Notes: a model not told the origin generated them from the letters alone. A stretch of DNA of 64,000 nucleotides from Williopsis jadinii (GCA_024346625.1 AP024664.1:1984001-2048000); one strand, 5' to 3'; shown: positions 23,739 through 35,228, counted from the first letter of the stretch. A program made the numbers and translations.

Positions 23739-23779
23739 GGGACACGAGGGATGGGACACGAGGGATGGGACACCAGGGA
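23739..23779. repeat. 14-bp tandem repeat GGGACACGAGGGAT, about 2.9 copies
   Basis: Copies at 23739 and 23753, degenerate third copy at 23767. Confidence 0.9.
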
Positions 23780-25676
23780 AAAACAAGAAGGACATCGATG
23801 GCCAGGTCGTTGTAGTTGTTTCCTCTCTGAAGTTCTAGCATTTGAGTACCCAGTGAATACGACAGAGCATACACGGCACACGCGGTCATGTGACTATTTA
23901 CAGGGTCTATCCAATCACCGCATTGACCTGTTGATAGGGACGTACTCGGTGATCAACACCATATCTGCAAAGTTATCAGAGGGGCGTATATAGCGTATTC
24001 CTCGATGTGGGATTAGAGTCGCACTACCTATGGAGCATGTTACTTTGTACTGGCGTGGAATTCTGCGCTGGGGATGTATGTGTAACTTCCCAATTGAGAA
24101 GTTGACCTCCAGTTTCAGTAATTGACCTCCACTCTGAGTAATGTTGAGGCATGAACGCTTAAACGCTCACACCTGGGATCATGTATCGTGTATAAAATCG
24201 CCCAAAACATAAATAAATATCCTAAAGGGGAATTTGGTGATTTCCATGGGTCTCAGTGTCACTGTTGCTTGCAATTATAGTAAATAAAAAGCGGCGTGTG
24301 AGTTTAGCCAAAGCTTCTGCTTTGTTAGCACCTGCACCAGTGCATTGGACGTCATGATGGCCACCACAAGCCGCTTTTTTATGACACGTTTTATATGTAA
24401 AAGCCCACATGGAAGCCATCCATGTTTACACACCCAATAACTTTACATCATCCTGTTACCCCAATTGTGTGTTTGATCCGAATGTGTATTGATAAGTACC
24501 GTATTGCCACAGTAATTCGAATCTTGACATCTGTGTTCGGTGACCAAATGCACGTTTAGAGCCTGAGACACAGACGTCTGTAGGATCATCATCACCAATA
24601 TCGTACAAACTACGCAAACACAGATCCGCATTCCATAAATAGAATTCTCACCAATTAACCAATAGTGTAAACCAATTGTCCCAATGGATCTCTCTTGAGC
24701 TACCCAAAAGCTGGTATTGGCTTAAAAAACGTGTACACATTAAAGTTAGACCCGACAGCTTCTGTGCAGCGAGTCCAGTTATTCACGGCACACCATTGAA
24801 CAAACCTTCATACAAATCAATTTGAAACATGATCATCACCGACGAGGCATACGCTCCCTGATTCACAATTCCCCATCAACGTGGCGTTTGATTTGTCAAC
24901 CTACACATATAGAACGTCAGGAAAAACGCATTGCGTCTTAAAAGAGTGTTTCACCTTCCAGCCTTCAGACCTTTACAATCATCCAAATGAGGTTACTGTC
25001 GCGTGTAACCTGAAAACTGCAAGCAAGGGCTACGTAGATCGTCGCCCATATAGTGGAGTGAATAGGTTCTTCAGCTTCAGCCCACCACTTGTATTACAAT
25101 TACAGTTCAGGCAAAAAGAGTTCTCCCGGTCATGCTGTCCTCTGGGCTCCAAATTTAACCAAGGCGTCTCACTATAGATACCTAGCTCGACAGTGCTTAA
25201 CTCAGAGGAGGGTCTCAGACACTGAAGCTTGGGAAAGTGTTACAGGTGCTCTCACCGTCCGAATATTCATTGATCTTGGTCTCGCTCGTCTTCCCCTTCA
25301 GGCGTGACGAAGTGCAGCATGATGACTTAAAGGCTAAAGCCTATTTCAGCCTGACTCCCCTTCTTCGTACAGTAGTGCATGGTCCTGCATACAGAGCAAA
25401 ACACCTCTTTCGAAACTTCTTGGAAGGGAGGAAAAGTCACCATAGATTCACTTCTTTTACACGTAAATGATAGCCAGCCAAAACATACAACCCTCAATGC
25501 ATGACATAGCATGTCTCTGAGAGTTTCTTATTGATTGGTCAAGGCGAAAACCCTTTTCTCTCTCGCCGGCCGATTTCAGCTATAAAAACGGGTCCATGTT
25601 CCATGTTTCTTTCGATTCATGTTGTCCATAAGTGTATCTTCAATTCACATTCGTTCGGATAACTAATCTACACAAA

Positions 25677-26270
25677 ATGCAATACTCTTCTATCTTCGTT
25701 TCCTTGGCTATGGCAGCCACTGCTTTCGCTGACTCCGAGGCCTTTGGTTTGGTTCTCATCAGATCTGGTGCTAGTTACCAAAACGCCCCAGTCAGTATCA
25801 TGACTGGTAAGCTCCAGGCAGACACCCAAACCAACAACTACATCAACGCTAAGATCGACGACGATGGTAAGTTGAACTTGGGTGCTGATGGTGTCTACGC
25901 TGTTGTCCAAGATGACGGTATTTACTCTGGTTCTGATGCATCCACTGTCTTCTCCATCGTTGACGGCTACTTGCTCTACAACGGTGCTGGTTTCTCTCTT
26001 GACGAGGACTACAACGTCTTGGCCGGCACTGAGGGTCCAAACCCAGTTGCAATCAGAGCTTCTCTTTCTGACGGTTCCACTGCTGCTGACTTTACCCCTG
26101 GTAAGGAAGAGTCTTCCTCTGAGGAGTCTTCTGAGGAGCCAGCTTCCACCACCACCGTTGCTGAGGAGGAAACCTCCACTTCCTTCGTTGTGCAAACTGC
26201 TGAGAACGGTGTTGCTAAGGTTGGTGCTGGCGCTGGTGCCATTGCCATCGCTGCTGCTATGTTCTTCTAA
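25677..26270 (+). CDS. Cwp1-like GPI cell-wall mannoprotein (197 aa)
   Basis: Signal peptide then DSEAFGLVLIRSG (Cwp1-type N-terminus), S/T/E linker and GPI signal QTAENGVAKVGAGAGAIAIAAAMFF; TATAAAA at 25581. Confidence 0.85.
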   Translation: MQYSSIFVSLAMAATAFADSEAFGLVLIRSGASYQNAPVSIMTGKLQADTQTNNYINAKIDDDGKLNLGADGVYAVVQDDGIYSGSDASTVFSIVDGYLLYNGAGFSLDEDYNVLAGTEGPNPVAIRASLSDGSTAADFTPGKEESSSEESSEEPASTTTVAEEETSTSFVVQTAENGVAKVGAGAGAIAIAAAMFF

Positions 26271-26533
26271 GACTAGTGCTAGCAATCGGCCTTTTAGGTC
26301 CGGGTATCATGGGTACTGGTTAGGATAGGGCTTTAATATACGGTGATTCTATTATAATCGCTATTGTAGACGAATTTATGTGGTTAAGGAGCACCTCAGG
26401 CACAACAGATAAGTAGAGAGGCAACCTAACAATCGATTGATTGGTTTGAACAAAACATTATATACAGACCATATTAACACGAATCTTGAAATTCTATTAC
26501 TAGTATACATGTTTGCTTTCTTTTTCAGTCTCA

Positions 26534-29500
26534 TCAGTCATTTCTTGCAACACAGTAGGCATCTGAAACCTCAACGGCTTGATATGTACCTTGTAAGCTT
26601 GTGAGAACACGGTATTCATACGAATATATGTCATTCACGGTATGAGTTTCAACAACTTGTGATCTGGATTTGCCTCTCTTTGATGCAACTTGTTCAGTTC
26701 TTACGTATGTCAACGAGAATGGAGGAGTTCCTTCGAATGAGAATATGATCTCCGCCTGGTCACCCTCATGAATATCCTGAATAGTGTAGTCACCTTGTGA
26801 AACCTCAACAGATGGGATAGGGTGAACAATAATAGAGAGTCTTTCTTCCTTATCCCTGTTTTCAGGAAGAGTAAAGTTCACAACACAGTTAGATGCAGAG
26901 TCTTTCAATGACTTGATGGAAATGGTACCAGGTTCAGCGGCCAATCTGGAGAATTGTGAAGATGTTTCAGTAGCTTTCAATGTGAGATCATTGAATCCGT
27001 AAACAATCGAAAATGGAGGAGTACCAATCAATTGATAGCCGATGTGGTCACCAACACAGTAGTTAATGCTCGAGTCAAGTTGGTTGATCTTTGGTGTATC
27101 TGTGATTGAGATAGAGACGTAGCCATTATCGGAGAACCCAGTCTGTATACACCCACCAGCATCAATGACCTTCACAATACGAATCATATGGTTTCCAAGT
27201 TTAAGACCACGGTACAAGTCTTTGAGGTCAGAAGTAGATGTAATCTTACTCAAAGTGATGAATTCTGACTTGGAACTACTCTCATGTATAACCTCAAAAG
27301 TTACAGTGATTGGAACGTTGCCATCAATATTCAATGGGATAGGTTCAAGAACGTCCTTATCCAGAACATTTGTTGTGCATGTTCGGTAAACCTTTCTCTT
27401 GTTCTTGAATTCAGCACGAGGAGAAGGAGATACAACCTGCTTCACAACGATTTCGTCCATGCTATAGTGGATCTTATCAAGATCATACTTTGAATAGAGA
27501 GCATCATAAACACCTGTGATGAAGTACTTGTACTCACCAGGTTTGTCGTTAGGGAATCTTAATGACGCAAATCTGGTTGCAACGGATAATGACTTTGAGG
27601 ATCTCGCTCCGCTTGGATTGAGGACAGTGTATTCAACAACAAATGGCGCAGAGCCATGTAGAACTAAATCAACAGAGCTACCATTCATTTGGCACGCATT
27701 GTTCTTTTCAAACACATTTGACTTAATGGATTTAACATCCGAGTGTTCACTGATAGACACTGATGGTATTGGATGGTATTCCACAGCATAGCTGTCGGTA
27801 TCACTGACAGTTCCCCGACAGGATGAGTCCTTTACTGATTTCAGCTTGTATGTACCAGCTTCTGAAACAGTAAGGTGGCCCTTGTGTGCACTATGGAAAT
27901 GCTTCTTCTTTGAGGATACGAACAGGCCTTCAGAGTTGTAGAAATCAAAGTCGACATCAAATGGTCCTTCACCAAGTAATCTTAACGGGACATCCGTGGT
28001 CTCCCCCTTTTTGATTTTAATCTTATTATGATCTTCTCCTACTCCGAACCCAACAGATGGAACTTCACGTCTCACTGCAATCTTTGCATCAGCACCAGTC
28101 AAACTAACAAGACAACCAGAGTTATCCTTCACAGAAGTGAGTGACAATATGTACTCTCCACCAACTTTGAATGCAGGAGTTTCAATCTCATATGAGTCAC
28201 CCTTGATATCCTTAACTGTATAAGGGATTCTCTTGTTGGATTGTGTTTCGATCACATCATACTCCAACACAAAAGGAGCTTCACCCTTAAGCTGAACAGG
28301 GATTCTTACACTAGAACCAAGACACAGAGCACCACGGTTCTGATAATGTTTGATCTCCGCACTTGGCTTGACTCTCATTGAAGTGGTGAATGTATAATCG
28401 CGTGCCGGTTGTAATTCGATTGGATCCGAGTATAAAGAGTCAACAAGCTTGTTGAAAGCGATCTCATAGTTTCCTTCAACGGATGGCTCATAGTTGAAGC
28501 GGAATCTTGTACCTTGCGACGTCAATGTCGTTGACTGTGTATTTACTCTCTTACCATTCTCAATTTTGTAAACGGTTTGGTGTAATTTGAATGGTGGTGT
28601 ACCAACAAATGCCATGTCGAAGACAAGACCAACTTGACCCACACACGAATCTTGAATTGGTTGAGATTCAATTGTTAACTTTGGTACAACAGGTAATGGG
28701 ATTGAAACTGACGAGCGACCACTAATGATCGAACGACAGTGTTTAGACTTGACGGATACCAATGTGTAAGTCCCTGGTTTCTGCACAGGATATTCATCTC
28801 TATCGTCCTTGAACAAATAAGTAAGCAGTTCCACTTCTGATTCGTCATCACTGACATATTTGATTTGAGCCTCGAATGGAGCCGAGTCACCTGGGAAGTG
28901 ATCAATTGCAAGACGTAGAGATCTTTTTGTCTTTGAACTTCTGTTAACTCTTTCCTCAAGATGAACTCTTGGCAAGTCATGTGAATAGAAGCTCTGCATG
29001 AGACTGTATTGGCTGAATAGCTCAGAATCGTCGTTCAAAGTGTTTGTGAAATTAACCAAATTACCAAGGCCGTCTGTAATCTCTTCGATTTTGAAACTGT
29101 AGTCTCCAATTTCATTAACTGGACTGTCAAAGTCGATCTCAACAGTTCTTGATGTTGCCCATTTTAGATCAGAGAGGTGCTCCTTAGAAAGAACCTTTTC
29201 ACTTGAGTAACCGAGAAGGGGACTCTGGAAGAATTCAGGCTGAAGGCTTTGATCACTAAACGTCTGAACATTATTATTGATGAATTTCTTGTACTTCAAC
29301 TTGAGTGGAGGGACACCCTCAACGATAAACTTCACTGAGTACGAATCCCCTTTACACTTTTCTTGCGAGAGCTCGGCAAAATTGTCAATTGCTGCTGTTG
29401 GACAGTTTACAACGACCAAGGGAGAATAGTAAGTTCTCAAACTCAAGAACTTTGAGTCCAGGGCTTGAACAACTTCGTACAATCCCAATTTATTCACCGG

Positions 29501-30433
29501 CAAATTGAGATAGTTGATCATTGGTCCATATAGCGTATCTCTTTCATACAACGCGTTGAAGGTGCTCGTGTCAAACCTTTTGATGTCTTTACTCGTATAG
29601 TTCATCAACATTGGTTGATTCGTTTCAAAATCCGTGTACTTCACTTGGAGGAAGTCAATGTCTGACGTTGAGTTCAATCTTATAGGTACATTGAGTTGGT
29701 AGTCTGTAGCACCTTGTGGAAGACAAAAGCTGTCATGGAATGGGTTCAGCTGGATGGTATTTTCAGGCAGTATCTTGATTGTATGGGAGCCTTTGAAGTG
29801 GCTGGAAGCGTCAAATACTGCGCTGTCCACAGAGCTTCCCAATATAGTCAGATCCTTAGAGTTCAACTTCTTCCACGCGGCAAACATAACCGACGTGAGT
29901 GGGAAGCTCAAATCGCTCACCAGGAAGAGATTTATGAGCAGGAACAGCGCAATTTGCAAAATGACAATGATCTTAGAGAAAGTCAACGAGGGGATCCTAA
30001 ACTCTGGGAGGAAGTACAGGAAAGTCGCCTCGTAGATAAAGTACTTCACCAAGAAGTGCAGGTGCTGATTCAGAAACCCTAATCCGATTGCACTGGACAG
30101 AGGCATACCGTTCTTGAGCAATATGAGATCATACAGCTTGTAAGACTCGATTATAGCAAAGATCGCCAGCGCAAACGCCCTCTGCGACCCGATATCGAGA
30201 ATCGTCGCAGGTATACGCGTGTCCTGTGCCGCCTGTCTCTTGTGATGGCCCACCCCGGCATTCTCACCCTCATCCTTCGGAAGACCATCTCTTGATCTGC
30301 TTGTACGTCGCTGTCTTGCAAAAGACTCCTCTATGCCGGTTCTCTGGCGGAACTTTGTTGATCCCGGAGTGCCTTTGTATCCAACAGGATCTCCATACAG
30401 TTCACTAAGCCTTGATCTTCTTGACCTCTCCAT
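26534..30433 (-). CDS. POM152: Nuclear pore membrane glycoprotein (1299 aa)
   Basis: N-terminal TM region (LPEFRIPSLTF), SHFKGSHTIKILPE, repeated Ig-like G.PPF...Y / Y.L.SV.D..C modules. Confidence 0.93.
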   Translation of the reverse strand: MERSRRSRLSELYGDPVGYKGTPGSTKFRQRTGIEESFARQRRTSRSRDGLPKDEGENAGVGHHKRQAAQDTRIPATILDIGSQRAFALAIFAIIESYKLYDLILLKNGMPLSSAIGLGFLNQHLHFLVKYFIYEATFLYFLPEFRIPSLTFSKIIVILQIALFLLINLFLVSDLSFPLTSVMFAAWKKLNSKDLTILGSSVDSAVFDASSHFKGSHTIKILPENTIQLNPFHDSFCLPQGATDYQLNVPIRLNSTSDIDFLQVKYTDFETNQPMLMNYTSKDIKRFDTSTFNALYERDTLYGPMINYLNLPVNKLGLYEVVQALDSKFLSLRTYYSPLVVVNCPTAAIDNFAELSQEKCKGDSYSVKFIVEGVPPLKLKYKKFINNNVQTFSDQSLQPEFFQSPLLGYSSEKVLSKEHLSDLKWATSRTVEIDFDSPVNEIGDYSFKIEEITDGLGNLVNFTNTLNDDSELFSQYSLMQSFYSHDLPRVHLEERVNRSSKTKRSLRLAIDHFPGDSAPFEAQIKYVSDDESEVELLTYLFKDDRDEYPVQKPGTYTLVSVKSKHCRSIISGRSSVSIPLPVVPKLTIESQPIQDSCVGQVGLVFDMAFVGTPPFKLHQTVYKIENGKRVNTQSTTLTSQGTRFRFNYEPSVEGNYEIAFNKLVDSLYSDPIELQPARDYTFTTSMRVKPSAEIKHYQNRGALCLGSSVRIPVQLKGEAPFVLEYDVIETQSNKRIPYTVKDIKGDSYEIETPAFKVGGEYILSLTSVKDNSGCLVSLTGADAKIAVRREVPSVGFGVGEDHNKIKIKKGETTDVPLRLLGEGPFDVDFDFYNSEGLFVSSKKKHFHSAHKGHLTVSEAGTYKLKSVKDSSCRGTVSDTDSYAVEYHPIPSVSISEHSDVKSIKSNVFEKNNACQMNGSSVDLVLHGSAPFVVEYTVLNPSGARSSKSLSVATRFASLRFPNDKPGEYKYFITGVYDALYSKYDLDKIHYSMDEIVVKQVVSPSPRAEFKNKRKVYRTCTTNVLDKDVLEPIPLNIDGNVPITVTFEVIHESSSKSEFITLSKITSTSDLKDLYRGLKLGNHMIRIVKVIDAGGCIQTGFSDNGYVSISITDTPKINQLDSSINYCVGDHIGYQLIGTPPFSIVYGFNDLTLKATETSSQFSRLAAEPGTISIKSLKDSASNCVVNFTLPENRDKEERLSIIVHPIPSVEVSQGDYTIQDIHEGDQAEIIFSFEGTPPFSLTYVRTEQVASKRGKSRSQVVETHTVNDIYSYEYRVLTSLQGTYQAVEVSDAYCVARND

Positions 30434-30844
30434 TTAGTGGTTAATGAGCAACAGGTTTTGCTGGACCGCCAATGGGTTTGTTTACAATTTCAGTGAAAGT
30501 TGAGGAAAGTCTCACAAACAGAAAAATATTTGTAGTGCAAAAAATAAACAAAGAAAACTGCCCAAAGAGGAAACATGCGGTATTGGGAACACGGGCACAG
30601 GCGCTTTCCCAATAAAGATACTTACCGTTTTCGGCTATTAAACACGCATTATTTGCCTTGCTTCACTCCCCGGTTAGTCGATGAGGTAATAAACATCACC
30701 AGGCACCGTTCTCAGTGATAGGCGGAATCTTGCGCATCGTCGTTTAAACCGTTGCTGTTCGACTCCTTTCCCAACGTCCTTTCCCAACGTCCTACACCGA
30801 GGAGGAGACCACGGAGCCGTGCTGCTAAGAGCTAAGAGAACACC

Positions 30845-32305
30845 ATGGCCTTGCCAATAGACAACGTCAAGAGAGCGCTGGCCAAGTATGCCAAATTCGT
30901 TGGTCCTGGTATCATGGTAGCGGTTGCTTACATGGACCCTGGTAACTACTCCACGTCGGTGTCTGGTGGTGCCAACTATGAATACAAGTTGTTGTTTGCC
31001 GTGCTGTTATCGAATATCTTTGCGGTGATTCTTCAAAGCCTGTGTATCAAGCTTGGGTCTGTCACCGGGCTGGACCTTGCTGAGAACTGCCGAAAGCACC
31101 TGCCACATTGGTTGAACTTGACGCTGTATGTCTTTGCAGAGCTGGCGATTATAGCGACTGATCTGGCCGAAGTGGTGGGAACTGCGATTGCCCTAGAGAT
31201 CTTGTTCAACATCCCATTGAAATATGGTGTTGCACTTACAGTCCTCGACGTTCTGTTGATTCTATTTGTATATAGACCAGAATCGAACTCCATGAGAAAC
31301 GTTCGGGGATTCGAGATCTTTGTGAGTGTCTTTGTATTCCTCACATGTGCCTGCTTTGTTATAGAGCTGTTCAAGATTGATGTTCCTGACAAACTCCACG
31401 TGTTCAGAGGGTTCCTGCCTTCAAAGGAGCTGACAGAGCAAAATGGAATATACCTGTCGTTGGGTATTCTCGGTGCCACAGTGATGCCACATTCGTTATA
31501 CTTAGGCTCTTCACTAGTCAAGCCGAGATTGACAGAGTACGATATCAAGCACAACCATCAAAGAGCTGACCCTGTCCGGCCAACGTTGCAGGCGATCCAG
31601 TACTGCTTGAAGTATTCATATGCCGAGCTGATCATCTCACTCACCTTAATTGCAACATTTGTTAACTCAGCCATCTTGATCGTTGCAGGTGCTACACTGT
31701 ATGGACAACCAGATGCAGATGATGCGGACCTGTTGACCATCTATGAAATGCTCACTAGATATATCTCACCAGCTGCGGGGTTGGTATTTGCGTGGGCAAT
31801 GCTCTTCAGTGGTCAAAGTGCAGGCATTGTGTGCACCATGGCAGGTCAAATAGTCAGTGAAGGGTTTATTCAGTGGTCAGTTAGTCCATGGGCGAGAAGA
31901 CTGTTGACTAGACTCATCGCTATTATCCCATGTCTATTTGTCACGCTAACCATGGGAAGAAGAGGTATTGCAGACATCTTGAACGGGAGCCAAGTTTGCC
32001 TCTCCATGATTCTACCCTTCGTTTCTGCACCACTTATCTACTTCACGTCTGTTAAGAAGTACATGCAAGTGGAGGTGACGATTGATGAGAGTGATGTCGG
32101 CTCATTGATGAGCAACGATGCTAACGACTATGGTGCAACAAGAACCGATAGACTACATCATCCTAGACCTCCAAAGGCTGAAATTGTGGACTATACGAAC
32201 AGTAAATGGGTTGCATCGTTTGGCATAATCACCTGGTTGTGTATCACAGTCTTCAATTTCTATCTCATCATTTCATTCTTACTAGGTGCTGATATCCACT
32301 TTTGA
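30845..32305 (+). CDS. SMF3: NRAMP metal transporter, vacuolar Smf3 type (486 aa)
   Basis: AYMDPGN and GATVMPHSLYLGS signatures; short N-terminus as in Smf3; synteny with RSC58/RAD5. Confidence 0.85.
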   Translation: MALPIDNVKRALAKYAKFVGPGIMVAVAYMDPGNYSTSVSGGANYEYKLLFAVLLSNIFAVILQSLCIKLGSVTGLDLAENCRKHLPHWLNLTLYVFAELAIIATDLAEVVGTAIALEILFNIPLKYGVALTVLDVLLILFVYRPESNSMRNVRGFEIFVSVFVFLTCACFVIELFKIDVPDKLHVFRGFLPSKELTEQNGIYLSLGILGATVMPHSLYLGSSLVKPRLTEYDIKHNHQRADPVRPTLQAIQYCLKYSYAELIISLTLIATFVNSAILIVAGATLYGQPDADDADLLTIYEMLTRYISPAAGLVFAWAMLFSGQSAGIVCTMAGQIVSEGFIQWSVSPWARRLLTRLIAIIPCLFVTLTMGRRGIADILNGSQVCLSMILPFVSAPLIYFTSVKKYMQVEVTIDESDVGSLMSNDANDYGATRTDRLHHPRPPKAEIVDYTNSKWVASFGIITWLCITVFNFYLIISFLLGADIHF

Positions 32306-32534
32306 TTATATAGATAGAACTACAAATCATACGTATATAAGGGCATTTCTCATTTAATAAAGATTAGTTCATATCGTTAAAAACATAATAGAGCACATTA
32401 CTTCTCAATCTCTAAAGACTTCGTAAAGGAGTTGGGCGTGTAATGCGAGCAGCGATTGATTATCAAAGATGTATTTCAGCTTGTCACAAGGGTAATTAGT
32501 GAAGTCTTTATGTTCCAGCCATACATTCAGTTGA

Positions 32535-33500
32535 TTACTGCGGAGTTACAGTTGTATTGGTAGCAGCTTGTGCAGTTGTCTCTGAGGGCTGGACAGCAAC
32601 ACCGTCACTTGCCAATGGAGAGGTCTGTGGAACCTCGGTCTCCCCGGAGGCTCTTAAACCAGGGTGGTATGCCTTCTCAACGTCTGCAGTTGTAGTGTTT
32701 GCATCAACGAAAGTACCATTCTTTCTAGAATCGTATAGCACGACAACTGGGATGATCCAGAACAGAATAAGATCCAAAATACCGTAGAAGACAGACTCTG
32801 AATCCACAGAGATGACGTTACCACCTTCAGAGAGGCCCCAGGAGACAGGGTAAAGCAGGAAGCACACCGTGTAGAATCCCATCACGATCAAATTTGGCAA
32901 CGAAGTTGCCTTTGTTTGAGAAGCAACCTGTCTATACAGCAGCAAAGACAACGCAAAGAGCTGAGCAGACACAGCAAATGTCCAGTAACCCCACTTATAG
33001 GAGGAAGAGATCAAAGAGCCGATCAAGAGTCCAAGAACAAACACCTCTGTGGAACAGAGCTGCACGGCCAAGTGACCCAAGATGCTGAAGAGATCGGATG
33101 AGGACACAACGTGTTGCGACTGTGCGTTCAATTCGAACGTGTAGAGAAGACCTGGCCATGCAAGGAACCAGCCAACATATCTTGCGTAGAAGATCTGTCT
33201 GACCTGTTGGTCTTCCTGGTAGTTGTGGAACTCAACGTTGATACCTGTCCAGCCCAAGTTGGATGCAATTGTGAAGTACGCATAGGCCAAGGTTGCAGCG
33301 GAGAAGAGAGGGCCAATATGAGAATAAGCTCTGAACTTATCACGGCCCAAATGGAAGTGATAGAACGTGTACCAAGCGTGCACCAGTGCGGTCAGGCCGA
33401 AGATCGAGAACACTGCCCAAAGCCATGAAGAACCGTGGTTGGTCAAGGCAATACCAACGCCGACTGCTGGGTTGACATCTGTAGCTTGGTTTCCTGCCAT
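32535..33500 (-). CDS. Opsin-related 7-TM protein (Hsp30/Yro2/Mrh1 family), no retinal lysine
   Basis: ASNLGWTGI, RQIFYARYVGW, WGLSEGGNVI; helix G YGILDLILF has Phe where the Schiff-base Lys (DxxxK) would be. Confidence 0.88.
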   Translation of the reverse strand: MAGNQATDVNPAVGVGIALTNHGSSWLWAVFSIFGLTALVHAWYTFYHFHLGRDKFRAYSHIGPLFSAATLAYAYFTIASNLGWTGINVEFHNYQEDQQVRQIFYARYVGWFLAWPGLLYTFELNAQSQHVVSSSDLFSILGHLAVQLCSTEVFVLGLLIGSLISSSYKWGYWTFAVSAQLFALSLLLYRQVASQTKATSLPNLIVMGFYTVCFLLYPVSWGLSEGGNVISVDSESVFYGILDLILFWIIPVVVLYDSRKNGTFVDANTTTADVEKAYHPGLRASGETEVPQTSPLASDGVAVQPSETTAQAATNTTVTPQ

Positions 33501-34599
33501 TGGTTATTATTCGGTATTCTTTACTCGTTTGATGTGAGTGTGAGTTTCTGTTTGTAATACTCTACAGAACAAGGGACACCAGCGGTCTTCAGACACAAGC
33601 CATACAGATTATCGTCCCTTTATATACACATTGCTACAAAAGACAGCCCTCATACATCCGCACGGATACTCGGTTCCAGCCCAAGCGGAGAGTTAACACA
33701 CCTGCTGATTTTGGGGGTGCTCATTCCGTTGTGCCCGATCACAGACCACACAGTACACATGATCACACCTGCGAGCTTAAACCAAAACAGCTAGTCTGAA
33801 CGCTCAATTCCCGTGTGTTGATGTTTGCAAGGATGCGCCTGCAGGAGAGGGCTGCAGGAGAGGGCTGCGCGGGCGGGACGGACTTTTTTACGCTGCGTTT
33901 TGTGTCAAAATTTTATAGCCCCACGCGCGGGTGTAATTTTTTCGGGGTGTGATTCCGTGCTGTTGATGGAGACGAAGGGCCAGGCGGAGAGGGCATTGTA
34001 GTCCTGAAGCTGTGTATGGATGAGGCCAAAGCATATGGTTGGACGTGATTCTGTGATTGTTGCTGTCGCTGCTGAACAGCGTGGCTAACTGGCCTCTCTG
34101 CTCTCTCTCTTGTAAGTGGGAGGATACCCTGGCTCTTGCGCATGGCTTTGCCGGGTGCGCCGGGCCAATAGGGCGTACCGTGTGAGTACCGATGACGGGG
34201 TTGGCAGCTCTGAGCCACATATATTCTACGCATGGGTGGCGATATACTCGCTCTCTTTAGTTGTACAGTTCTCTGGAGTGGTATTGGAAGGGCCTGGGAG
34301 CAGGTGAGAGATCTGCAGTCATACGACGCAATGATCAACAGCACGTAGGGAACTCATATGTCCTGTAAAGAGTCACTCGTGTAAGTGACCTGTAGTTTGT
34401 TCGTGAAGTGGAGGGGAGTAGCAACACGAGAAGAGGCTCGGGGAAGGTTGATTTGTAATTCTACATCGCTTACTAATGACTTCTTGGTGTAAAGTTCATG
34501 TAATGTGCCATTGTGTGCCCTCTTAGAAAGTCAGGGAGACAGCAAAAGGGTGGTGATTTCCTTAGAGAAGCATGAACGCACTCCTTGTGTTGTGTGTGT

Positions 34600-34767
34600 C
34601 TATTTAGATGCGGCAAGACACTTGATGAGGATGTTGCGCGCACCGTTGACGTTGTGCTCTTCGGGGTTCAGCTTAGTGTTTCCAGTTATATCGACGTCAC
34701 AATGTATGTTTCGACCACCAATGACCTTTGTGTGGTATGTTTTCTAGCTCAGGGTGTGCCCGTTTAA
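34600..34767 (-). pseudogene. Possible decayed C-terminal fragment of a TnpB/Fanzor-like nuclease
   Basis: Translates LNGHTLS*KTYHTKVIGGRNIHC...EHNVNGARNILIKCL; resembles the RuvC-III motif DRDxNGARNI. Short and contains a stop. Confidence 0.3.
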
Positions 34768-35228
34768 CTATAAATAATGACAATAAGATGATTCTTAATA
34801 AGATAATTCTTAACAATATAATCCAGAAATATAAGAGAAGAGGTTAAGTTCTAGGAACTAAGAAAGAGGAGATACAATGGTTCAAGGAGTGCCTTGTAAA
34901 ACATTGTAGAGAAACACCTGAATCTTGAGGATTCATGCTTCATGCTGTTTTCACACCCTTTTCGGGTGTGATATTTGTAAAGTATTATAATAAACCACAG
35001 CTGATACAATTCAGTGATGAATCCGGAAATCGAGTCCGAAGGTCCAATATCAGAGCAAAGTGGTCAAGACACATGCCTTCCGGCTGCGTGGACGACGCGT
35101 GGCGAGTGGATGGTCTACACTGGCTCAAGATGACGAGCACGTCTGGTGTCTTCCGGGCTAAATGGTAGACAACACCAGCGAGATCAGGTACTTGTCAAAT
35201 GTCCGCTGTGGGAAGGACTTTAACTTTT

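Noticed and set aside
25089..25307. IFIDLGLAR kinase-like peptide in a short ORF
   Set aside because: No other kinase subdomain seen nearby in any frame.
30618..30626. ATACTTACC resembling the U1 snRNA 5' end, or a reverse GTAAGT donor for POM152
   Set aside because: No U1 stem-loop I or Sm site follows, and there is no usable branch or acceptor before the POM152 ATG.
32535..33500. Light-sensing rhodopsin
   Set aside because: The helix G Lys and the helix C counter-ion Asp are absent (DLILF, RYVGW); it is an ordinary Hsp30/Yro2-type protein.
35141..35151. GTCTGGTGTCT as a possible telomerase template
   Set aside because: The telomere repeat of this organism cannot be determined from the window and no convincing Sm site was seen.
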